Assembly (NCBI RefSeq): GCF_902459465.1
Contig: NC_047066.1
Coordinates: forward strand, 20,026,001-20,090,000
Direction of reading: 5' to 3'
Length of the DNA stretch: 64,000 nucleotides
Source of the DNA: Asterias rubens
Taxonomy: Eukaryota
Position 1 is the first letter of the stretch; the number at the start of each line of letters is the position of its first letter. Below the pieces are notes generated by a model. The model worked only from the letters and a program-made list of their open reading frames with translations, searched no databases and was not told the DNA's origin. Position numbers and translations under genes: made by a program. Positions 24,201 to 34,274 of the stretch are shown here, piece after piece.

Positions 24201-27200
24201 TTGAGCGTCGCCGGCGTGGAGATCGTGATCTAGACTTCTGTCTTCTCCTGCGAGGAGGGGTTCTTGATCTACCATGAAGAAAACACAAAACATAAAAGTC
24301 AATGACAACTATTAACTCAAACTGGCATGAAAATCTTTGACGACAAGCAAGGGTGTTAAATCACACAGCTTGGAATGGAAATTTCTTTTAAACAGGGGTG
24401 ACAGTCATTGCTGACAAAAACTGGGCTCCAGATCTATAAGACAGCATTTTCGCCTTTTGATAACTCATGAAGTTGTAGATTCCAAATGAGCTTTTGGCAA
24501 CAGTATTCTCAGTGCTAGAGAAGTTCATCAAAGACAATGACTTACTTTATTTTGAGAAAAGTTAAACATTAATTTTGTACCAAGCAGACTGATATTTCTC
24601 GTCTCTGTTTAGATCTTCTTGGGCAAAAAACAATTGTAAGCTTTCTGGACTAGATTTTTATTCGGGAAAATAAAAAAATAAAAATATTATTTACTTACCT
24701 TGACTTTCTACGGCGCCTTGGTGAACGTGACCTCTTTCTGGAGCGAGACCTGGATCTCTTGTGTGACCTCGATCGTGACCTCTTCCTTGACCTAGACCTG
24801 GATTTCCGACGAGGAGGGGACTTGGAGCGAGATCTACGCCTTGACTTTGAGGACTTGCTGCGCTTCGGAGATCTCGAACGAGACCTCCGACGATGTCTCT
24901 TTGGCGATCTACTACGGGATCTGCGGGATTTCTTTGGCGAGAGTGATCTTGATAGGGATCTACGGGCTGACTTCAGCTGCTTCTTTCCAGGCGAGGCCGA
25001 CCTCGATCGAGACTCCCTGGCTCTGGATGATTTGGACTTCCTGTCCTTTTTTGGCGTGAGAGATCTGGATCTCGAATCTCTCTTCCGTCCCTTTGAACGG
25101 GAGCCTCTTTTCGGAGAAAGCGACGCCCTCCGATCACTTCCTGATGACGAAGGTGAGCGAGCAGTCTTAGAGTTGGCCTTCCGGCTTTTCTTGATTCTCC
25201 TTGGCGATAGGGACCGGGATTTGGACGCAGCATGGCGACCGGGGGACGGGGAACGGGATCCTCGCTTCAAGGCATCTTCATCCTCATGGAAACTGGACAC
25301 AGATTTCTTCCTGGAGGAGCTGACTTCATCAGGCCGGAGTGGGGATGACGACGTGACGCTGCTCTCCTGTTGTGGGAAGAATGCTCTTTCAGGGAAATGG
25401 CCCAACAAAACAGTGTTAGTGTTTTCGGAACCAGGCTCTGATGTTACACCATCAGTATGTGTGACACATTTTAAACTGTACCAAAGCTTTTTTTTTAGCA
25501 CTCTGGAAAATACATGTACACATTTGAATCTTGTATGCCTATCATTTAAAGGGAAGGTACATGTTTGGTAATTACTCAAAACAAATATTAACTTAAAAAC
25601 TGACCTGGAACGAGCATTGGAGAGCTGTTGATAGTATAAAACATTAAGAAACGGCTCCCTCTGAAGTAGCATAGATTTTGAAATAGAGCTAAAATAATAA
25701 AAGACTTCTACTTTCTAGCTAGAAGTCTTTTATTTCTATCTGAAAGCACACAAATTCGTCCAACAAGGGTGTTTTTTTATCTCCCAACTCCGATGACAAA
25801 TTGAGCTCAAATTTTCACAGGTTTGCTATTTTATGCATATCTTCAGATACACCAAGTGAGAACACTGGTCTTTTGCAGTTACCAATAGTGTACCTTCCCT
25901 TTAAAAGCAGATCAAGGTTCAAAAAGAAAACAATCATTAGTTTGTCTTTTGGTCAAGTTTAAAATGTGTCATAAAATAGCAAAGATTTGAATTGGTTATT
26001 GTAACTATAAACTTGATGACCAATGGTATCTGTTGAATACATGCTTCCAACTAGGCATACCTGCATACCATCATTAGTTCGTCTGTTGGTCAAGTTTAAA
26101 TTGTGTCATAAAATAGAAAAGATTTGAATTGGTTATTGTAGCTATAAATATGATGACTCATGGCACGTATCTGTCGAATACATGCTTCCTTGAAGTACAT
26201 TGTATCTGTTTGTCTGGGATTCCCAAAAGAAACGGTCTTTTTCCAATTATTACTACAAAATGAACAATCCTCTGAACAAGAGCAATTAAATATTGATGTC
26301 AGTCAGTGTAGATGCTCGCAAACCACATTCAACTCGATGCAAAAAACACCAGGAAACAGTTTGTCCAGGAAACATTTAAACAACATTTGTACACAGATGA
26401 CACTACATGTACAATGTATCTTGATGATGGCACTCCCTCTTTGCTCATTCATACAATACATCAGGAACCCACTAACCGAATGTCACACAGCCAATAATGT
26501 AGAGTTTGCGCAACTTTTTGTTAAAAAAAAAAAATACAAAAACCATGCTCCTTTATTACAGAGTTTGCAATACCACAAAGCGAAACCATTACCACACTGT
26601 TAATGAATGTTTGTTTTTAGATTTTCTTGCACATGTGAACACCTGTTATTTTGGGGTCCAATAAAAAAAAAAAATCAATATTGCCATTTGCTGTTTCACA
26701 AAAAGGTAACTTGGGCCTAAAAATACAAGGCTGTGCGTGACCTCATGACCTCAAACATAAAGGCCTAATACATTGTACTTCATTCTTGTACGGGCAAGCG
26801 GTTGGTCTTCTACACAGGGTACCATTACTAACTTAAGCAAGGACAAGGGGCATGGAGGCAATTGCCCTCATGCCCTCTGAGGCCTACAAGGCTGTGCGTG
26901 ACCTCATGACCTCAAACATAAAGGCCTCATACATTGTAGTTCATTCTCGTAAGGGCAAGCGGTTGGTCTTCTACACAGGGTACCATTGCCAACTCAAGCA
27001 AGGACAAGGGGCATGGAGGCAATTGCCTTCATGCCCTCTGAAGGCTACAAGACTGTGCGTGACCTCATGACCTCAAACATATAGGCCTCATACATTGTAC
27101 TTCATTCTCGTAAGGGCAAGCGGTTGGTCCTCTACACAGGGTACCATTGCCAACTCAAGCAAGGACAAGGGGCATGGAGGCAATTGCCTTCATGCCCTCT

Positions 27201-30200
27201 GAAGGCTACAAGGCTGTGCGTGACCTCATGACCTCAAACATATAGGCCTCATACATTGTACTTCATTCTTGTAAGGGCAGGGCAGTTGGTCCTCTACACG
27301 GGGTACCATTACCAACTCAAGCAAGGACAAGGGGCATGGAGGCAATTGCCTTCATGCCCTCTGACGTATCAGGCCTAAACGTGACCTCAAGTTTACCTAA
27401 GACATGCCTTCAGAGTCAGACATACAGTAACTATCATAAAAATACACAATGAGAAAATAGAATTAGCTGTTTCAAAACTGTTTACCAACCATAAGGACCT
27501 ACATGTACATGTTATGTATGGTATGCAAAAAATTGTTAATGGTTTGACGTTTCGACCATAGCAGAGTTTTCAAGACTCTGCTACGGTTGAAAGTCGGGCC
27601 ATTGACTATTTTTACAAAAAGAACATGTGGCAGATGTAGCTGACCTTACATAATTGTAGCAATTGTCAAGAGTCGTTAGTGTCTTTGTCTGGTCATAAAT
27701 AGCGTATAATAATATTCACCTGATGTGCCATGCTTTGCTTGGGCGGAGCTTCAACGACGGGGTTGCTATCCCGGCGCTTGGATCCAACTGACTCACGGGG
27801 CGGTGAGCCAGGCTGAATAGTATATTGTTGTATATGGCAAAGCGGGTTATCATTTGGACTCATAACATCTGACCCTAACCTGGCTTATAAAGGGCGTTTA
27901 AGAACTACAGTGGGTTTTTGGTCTAATCCTACCCACCCAAACCATCAAACTTCAAAATGTTTTTCTTTTCTTCTTCATTCTGCTGAACTGAGAAAAATAC
28001 TAGCTACAGTAACTGATTATGCTTTAAACTGTACGTGGGATCAGACACACCACCATTATCAGAGTCCAACAGTGTGTCAAGTTAGTTTGGTATTGGATTT
28101 TGTTAGACATGTTAGAGCGACGAAAAATCCAAGTAAATCAATCAAAGAATCAGTAGTCCAACTGACAAATTTCACACAATAGACCTTATGCACATGACGT
28201 CATTTCAGTAGGGCGCCCTCACCTAGAGGTCAAAAGGAGGTTGTTCATTGGCCAATCCTGTGCACCTAGCGTACAAATCTGTGCGTTTTGATTGTTTGGT
28301 CACCGTTTTTCCACTAAGATGGCCGCTGGATGACGTCAATGCATAAGGTCTATAGTAAAGATTGTGTATGACGGCTAGAAATCTAATGTAGGACAGAGAT
28401 TTTCCTATTAATTTTTTTTATTTTTTTAATCATTATCATTCTTATTCAAATTGATGAACCCGTTTTGGATTGGAATAACAACTTGTTCATCCTAGGAATA
28501 ACAAAGATAGAAATGTACAACCCAGCAAAAGATAAATTCAAAAGGTTTAATATTTCATGTGGAACAAATAGCCAATACTTAAACAAAATTAAAAATACAT
28601 TGTTAACATTAGTGTGGACATTGATGGACAGATCCACAAATTTACATGCAAAACTGCATTTGTCATTTTAAACAATTATAACTAACATTGAATACATACT
28701 GTACATGTGCACTTTAAGATATGTGAGGCAGACTTGGTATCGTTTAAAGTAATGAAATAAAAAATGTACAACCTTAGCGTTTCGTCATCTACACACCATG
28801 TGTGTATTTATGCAACCCTGAAAAAGGAAATCTTGGTTGAGTTTGTTGAATTATTTAGTATTAAAATATCTTCAGCATCCATAGATCAAGTCTAGTTTAA
28901 ATATATTATCAGTCATTTCAGTAGATATGTGGATTGTACTGGTCCCAAATTTGAGTATTGAGAGAAAATTCTGCAATAAACAAACCCACTTTGAAATTTG
29001 CACCATATTTTAGTGTGACATTGTACACCAAAGTCGCCCAGACCCATGACGACTTGAAAGGGCAAGGCCATCTCTTTGATGGCAGTCTTTATTTCTACTG
29101 GAATAAATCAAAGGGCACCAATGCAATAACCAAAGGGGCAAGTAGGCGAGTTACCCTCTGTGAAGTATTACTCAGCCCTGGACCAACCTCAGCTTGTCCA
29201 TGAAATAAATTTATTGCCTGTTTTCACACACGACGCAGGAGCGCCTTAGCTCCATTTTCATGTTATATCTTGCTTTCCTGCACTTAGCATTGACAGCCTT
29301 CTTAATGACAGATATTTTCTGACTTGTTGCAGTGGAACCGGGGAACTCCAACTCTGTTTGGTGCAGAATGGCATTCATACGATGTTGATCCAACTGGACA
29401 GTCATAGAGCCGTCCTGAGTCATGGTCTCCCCTCTGAAACTACTCACTGACAACTCTTCAGGTCCGAACAGATGGCCCAAGAGCTCACAGGCATACCGAT
29501 GAGGTTCTACACTCTTGAAGATGGCCTGCTCCATTAGATATTGCCTGATAAGTACTGGATGCTCGGCACCTGATACACCAATCTCAACAAGTGCATCTGA
29601 ATTGGAGGGGGTGGCAGGAGCAACACATGGTCGGGCTCTACCAGGACAAAATGCTGGAAAACCGTCTTTGGCAATTGAGTCTTGTCTGACAGTTTGAATG
29701 CCGGCGGGTTTTGGTCTAATATTTTTTAGGCCAGCCATAGAGTTGGAGTAAATGTAAGTTTCCGTCACACCAGGAACAGAGGCAGGTGGTGGGGAAGTTG
29801 AGTTAAAGAACTGCTGAGGAGTGCCACTTGGAAATTCAGACCCGACCGACTTATTGTATCTGCTTGCACAAATCCCAGTTGGAATCGCTTGAACTGTTCT
29901 ACATGTACTTTGGGAAGCTACAGGGTAAGCATCCACAGTGTTTGGTTTTTGAGCACTCAAGGCAGACAATTGTTGCTGTCTAGTTTTAACTGGTAAACCA
30001 CCATTCGCCTCTAAATCTTGCCTGACAGTACAAACCGCTGTGGGAACTGCTCTTCTTGGCCCAGCCACTATACTGGGAAACAAGTCCGCAGGCACAGCAG
30101 AAGAGGATGGTGGTTGCACACAATTTAGAGGAACATCCTTGAACAAAGTGTCCTGTCGGATGGTGAAAATTCCAGTTGGAGTAATTTGAACCATGTTCCT

Positions 30201-33200
30201 TTGATCAGCCATAATGCCAGAGAATGCAGCCATTTTTTGATGAGGAGATTGAGCAGTTGAACATGGCTGCTCAGTAACACTCAGAGTGCTACCATTGGCT
30301 TTTGTATCCTGTCTTATAGCACACTTATCACTAGGTATTGTTTCAAGGGTTGTACTTGAGCCAGGCGGAAAGCTGTTGAAGGCTTCCATGGCCATAGGAG
30401 AGGAGGCTGTCGAGTGATTCTCAAAGACCTGAAACTCTGAATATGCCGAATCATCCTCAACCTCTTCCTTCTTTATGTCACAGATTGCCATCGGCTCAAA
30501 TTGTGACGCAGCACTAGAGCCACCATCCTCCATACCGAGGGCGGTGTCTAAACCATAGTTATCATCAGAGCTGGCGTTTTTTTGTATGGACTCAACCCGC
30601 TGGGTGACGCGTGCAATACTCTGAACCATACTGCACTGTAAAGTCTCCAAGCGGTTAAGCTTACTGACAACCTCATCCAGTTTGCATTCCAGCCTGTCCA
30701 GTTGCTCCTGGGGAGAGGAGTCAATATCCATGGTCAGAATCTTGGATTGAGACGGGGTAAGGAGTCCGAGACCGACCAAAGGAAACTTTACAGGCTGTAG
30801 CAGGTCATCATTAGGCTCGAGTGATACTCAGCTGGTATAAGATCACTACAAGCTGAAGAACCTTTTTTTGAATCCATGCAGCAATCGTGACAAACTGTTT
30901 TTATCTCACCTCGAGATAAGAGTGTCAAAAATAGCAACATTCTGGTTCTATTTGAAATATGTCTCTCAAAAACATCATACTTTTACACAATGATCAGATA
31001 GCAGGAAAAGTATCAGTTCATACCACAAACATTTATGACTGAAGAATAGAAGATGACGTTTTGTTTAAAGATTATTTTTTCTTTAAAAAATAAATAATGT
31101 GCATTCCATGATTTGCCAGATTGTGTACAATTCCATCGTGTACTTGATCTACCTCACACACCTTCATGACACTAAAATACTTAAACTATTTGGTCTTTTG
31201 CATATTCTTAACAAAAATGTACTTACGTCTGCACTTCGTGTGCGATCAGGAGTCTGACTAGGACTGTGGCTTGGACTTCTGCTCCGACTCCTACTGAGAC
31301 TTTTGCTTCTATCCCGTTTGTTTCTTTTGGATCCTTTTGGGTAAACAAATTTAGAGTGTTTAAGTAAATTCATAGTAAGACAAATTTAAAATATTTGTTT
31401 GTAAAGAAGAACTGTTATGGTCAAAGGAACTATCATTATTATTGTTAATAACCTACATTCTTTGAACATCAGAGCTTGAAAACATTGCAACTTCATAAGT
31501 TTGTTCATTATTTTGTTCAAAATATTTCACAGCAAGTCATGTTGCATGGCTTATAAAGATGCCATGGTCAACTAACAGCACAGAGTAAGTTGTTTCCGAG
31601 TTTAACATTTCATCCCGACTACTTTTAGTGATTTCCTAGGACTCTTCTTCAAACTGTTGGACTCTGAAATACACTAAATGAAGAATATGAATCATTGAAA
31701 TATTACTAACGTATAATGATATTCCTCCCAAGAGAAGCTAGACTATCAAAACAAAAAATCTAAAACAAAATACACTCATATCATAGCCTGATACTTCACG
31801 AAGGCGATTGCCTCCCTGCCCATGGTCATTGCATTGGTGCCATTGAAAAGCCCCAGTGGAAAATTGCAATTTCCTCATAGGGTACCCTTTATTATTGAAG
31901 AAAGTGTTCAGGCCTGTTTGACACTTACCACCAGGTGATCTTCGTCGTTCTCTAGAATGTGACCGACTGTATCTCCGCTTCTTATCCCGTGACCTTGAGC
32001 GACTCCGCTTCCGTCTGGATCCTGATGCATAGTTCCGACGATTCTTTGGTGTTCTGGATCGAGAGCGACGTCGACGCTTTGGTGTTCTAGATCGAGACCT
32101 CTTACGTCGCCTTGGTGTCCGGGACCTTGACCTCCTGGGGGATCGGGATCTTGAACGCCTCTTCCTCTTTGGTGTTCTGGACCGGGAGCGTTTTTTCTTT
32201 TTGGGTGTTCTGGACCTTCTTCGTTTTGGGGACGAGGATCTTGAACGTCTGCGTCTTGATGATTTCGAATGTTTTGGTGATCTTGACCGTGAGCGAGATG
32301 TGGCTGCTGAACTGGACCGAGAGCGAGATTTTCTCTCTTTGACCAGCTCCTCAGATGTAACTTCATCCTTTTTTGTTGCTGTCATGATTTCGCGCTGGTC
32401 GAGAGTACTACCAGTAGAGTCAATTACAGCCACTGGTATCTTTGTTTGAACTGAGTTATTAGTGTCTACTTCAACGAGCTCAACAGCAGTAAGTATAGAA
32501 TTCCCGGCACCGCTACTGCTAGTTTGCTTTTGCTGTGAAGTCACCTTTAATCTCTTGTCTCGAATCTACGAAAAGAAAATTAAAACATGGTTGAAACTCC
32601 CACAAAAAACTTCTTAGGAAATATTTGATAAACATTGAGTATTTCAAGTACCAGTAACAATGAACATGTAGGCCTAAATTCTGAACAAGTCCTGGCAATC
32701 TGACATATTTTAAACCACGTTCTTTATTCAATCTAAATTTACACTAGGTTTAATGAATGTATGGTGCTCATTCAAATAGTAGTAAGTAGTGAGTAAATCA
32801 TTCATAATGTACTCTTCCAAAAATCAAAATTCCCTCCATTTCATTTATGAGACAAAGTTCATTCATTTTGTTAACCAGAATCAATAACAATAACAGAAAA
32901 ATATGTGTAACCAAAAGTGCATTTTATTAATTGATTTCATAATTTTACAGCGCTTGATTGCATATTACTCACAATGGACTCACTTACAATTTGAGAACTT
33001 TCGGTATCCTGCCACCACTTTTTCACTCATCTTTACAAAAAGGAATTTCATTTCATAACAAATGAAAAAGTGGTGGCAGGATTATGGGATACAGAAAGGT
33101 TTCCAACACTTACTTGCCTTGCCCCTAGGCCTAGCCCTCATCGGCAAAACTTTCCAAAGGTTCAATAAAAGAAAGTCACACCCGGTTGGTTTCAAAATAA

Positions 33201-33766
33201 ACACAAAAATAACAATTTTTCCCGCAAAAAAAGTCTAATTCAAAACCCAAAACAAAACTAAGAAACATAAAAAAGGACCCAGTCCAGTGACATATGCCTC
33301 TCCCATTTGCTAAACCAGCAGCCCACCTCCAACACAGAAACGCGAAACCAAAATCTTGGCACTCATAGTCATAACAAACTCTAAAACAACAAAATATTTG
33401 TGATATTTACTTTTTTTTTTACAAAAAATCTGTTAAATTATTCATCACATGCACCGCACGTAACCCCGTACCGTTAACCGTACTACAATGGTAAAGCGCC
33501 CTCAATCGGCAATAACAAACAAATTACAAACGGCTCCTAAAATTATAAAAAGCCTTTATTTTTACCGTTTTCATTTTTTCTTGAATAAAGCATAATTGTG
33601 ACTAGTTTGCATATTTTCTGTTCAGTCATTGAATGTTAGAATAATTGAAACAATGTTCACTACTTACCCGTTTCAACATATCTTCATTTAGAGCGTGAAA
33701 ACCAGGTGAATTTTCACCACTTTTTGTTTCACTCGAATCGCTGATGTAGCCAGAGATCCCGTCCAT
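21234..33766 (-). CDS. RSRC2: Arginine/serine-rich coiled-coil protein 2, about 787 aa, 9 coding exons
   Basis: Exons 33766-33668, 32565-31929, 31333-31227, 25366-24699, 24268-24200, 23711-23479, 22862-22618, 22009-21883, 21412-21234 (2364 nt, phases consistent). Diagnostic segments: AQEALARRLERAKKL, AKVLAQTGISMPKYYNPLTVNP..RKRKLLW, and the SMAP-type C-terminus KFRRLMGIK..FHQLDQEYQIARVKTHTQRSFGLGF. The 5' exon chain is less certain than the 3' chain. Confidence 0.88.
22960..23070 (-). mobile_element. tRNA-derived SINE head fragment
   Basis: Reverse complement reads ggctttgccttctgccg..cagtcagttcgagggcacacgcacactc..tcttcagagcttgagtctggtgcgctagat; shares the cagagcttgagtc and actag segments with the 49894-50140 SINE family. 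Confidence 0.45.
23175..23351 (-). mobile_element. CAGGCCTG-ended MITE family (related copies near 20520-20670, 29020-29175, 31785-31917, 58965-59130)
   Basis: Shared body ggcatggaggc.at.gccttcgttgcctccgtgaagtat.aggcctg and aaagggca..ggca; the 31785-31917 copy has both (c/t)agcctga and caggcctg ends. No TSD resolved. Confidence 0.6.
25550..25900 (-). mobile_element. Kolobok-like TTAA MITE in RSRC2 intron 3
   Basis: TIRs AGGGAAGGTACA / TGTACCTTCCCT; TTAA at 25546-25549 and 25901-25904. Confidence 0.8.
26724..27363. repeat. Tandem array of 4 x ~161 bp containing a MITE terminus
   Basis: Units start at 26724, 26885, 27046 and 27207 (tac.ag.ctgtgcgtgacctcatgacctcaaac..). Each ends with caaggggcatggaggcaattgcc.tcatgccctctga, and the array is followed by cgtatcaggcct, the end of the CAGGCCTG MITE. 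Confidence 0.9.
28180..28352. mobile_element. TA-flanked small TIR element
   Basis: TAGACCTTATGCA...TGCATAAGGTCTA terminal inverted repeats with internal tgacgtca motifs on both arms. Confidence 0.7.
29211..30731 (-). CDS. Intronless N-terminal coiled-coil + C-terminal BEN-domain protein, 506 aa, nested in RSRC2 intron 3 on the same strand
   Basis: Uninterrupted 1521-nt ORF with strong Kozak ACC-ATG-G at 30731. N-terminal heptads QLDRLECKLDEVVSKLNRLETLQCSMVQSIARVTQRVESIQ. BEN signature RYACELLGHLFGPEELSVSSFRG...LDQHRMNAILHQTELEFPG...ISVIKKAVNAKCRKAR (~29265-29500). The stop codon overlaps an AATAAA. Confidence 0.85.
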   Translation of the reverse strand: MDIDSSPQEQLDRLECKLDEVVSKLNRLETLQCSMVQSIARVTQRVESIQKNASSDDNYGLDTALGMEDGGSSAASQFEPMAICDIKKEEVEDDSAYSEFQVFENHSTASSPMAMEAFNSFPPGSSTTLETIPSDKCAIRQDTKANGSTLSVTEQPCSTAQSPHQKMAAFSGIMADQRNMVQITPTGIFTIRQDTLFKDVPLNCVQPPSSSAVPADLFPSIVAGPRRAVPTAVCTVRQDLEANGGLPVKTRQQQLSALSAQKPNTVDAYPVASQSTCRTVQAIPTGICASRYNKSVGSEFPSGTPQQFFNSTSPPPASVPGVTETYIYSNSMAGLKNIRPKPAGIQTVRQDSIAKDGFPAFCPGRARPCVAPATPSNSDALVEIGVSGAEHPVLIRQYLMEQAIFKSVEPHRYACELLGHLFGPEELSVSSFRGETMTQDGSMTVQLDQHRMNAILHQTELEFPGSTATSQKISVIKKAVNAKCRKARYNMKMELRRSCVVCENRQ

Positions 33767-34274
33767 CTTGAAAATACCCGGATGCGCTACCCGGATGCTC
33801 TGTTATGTTTTTGACCGGCTAGCAAAAACGCAAGATTAGGCGCACGCCGCAAGCTTTGGGGCTGACTTCATTGAAATTTAGGGGGTTATTTCAATTACAC
33901 TTAAAAAAATTAGATTATGTGAGTCTGTGAAGTGTAATTTTGAATAATACAGATTTTTAATTACAATAAAATTATATCTTGATATTAATTGTAACTTAAT
34001 TTGCCAAATGTGAGCAAAATAGCATAACAACAATATTTCAAAGAAACGCAATAATTATTGACATCCCTAAAAAGTTGTGGATGAGTCCATACTGTAGCCC
34101 AATTTTGTGCAAAGTTCGTTGAACCAGGAATGGGAGCGTGAACTACGCTTGTCTTATTTATTACACGTGGTTTATGTGCAATATATTTTGCACGTGTATT
34201 TCGTACTACAATTGGTGGAGTTTCTGGACTGGAGTTCAGCAGTAAACACTGAGAAGAATTTCGCAGGAATCAAA
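33767..34274. promoter_or_regulatory. Bidirectional promoter and 5' UTRs of RSRC2 and CCDC86
   Basis: Divergent ATGs are about 510 bp apart. An 11-bp direct repeat TACCCGGATGC at 33775-33785 and 33788-33798 contains an ETS-like CCGGAT core. The RSRC2 start lies in a YY1-like CAAGATGG. Confidence 0.6.

Noticed and set aside
24759-25571. 270-aa plus-strand ORF rich in DLDRDL (and similar ORFs at 32201-32449 and 34484-34960)
   Set aside because: Antisense shadows of RS-rich or low-complexity coding exons of RSRC2 and CCDC86.
25367-25672. N-terminal extension of the 325-aa ORF 24695-25672
   Set aside because: It lies upstream of the exon acceptor at 25366 and runs into a TTAA MITE; intronic read-through.
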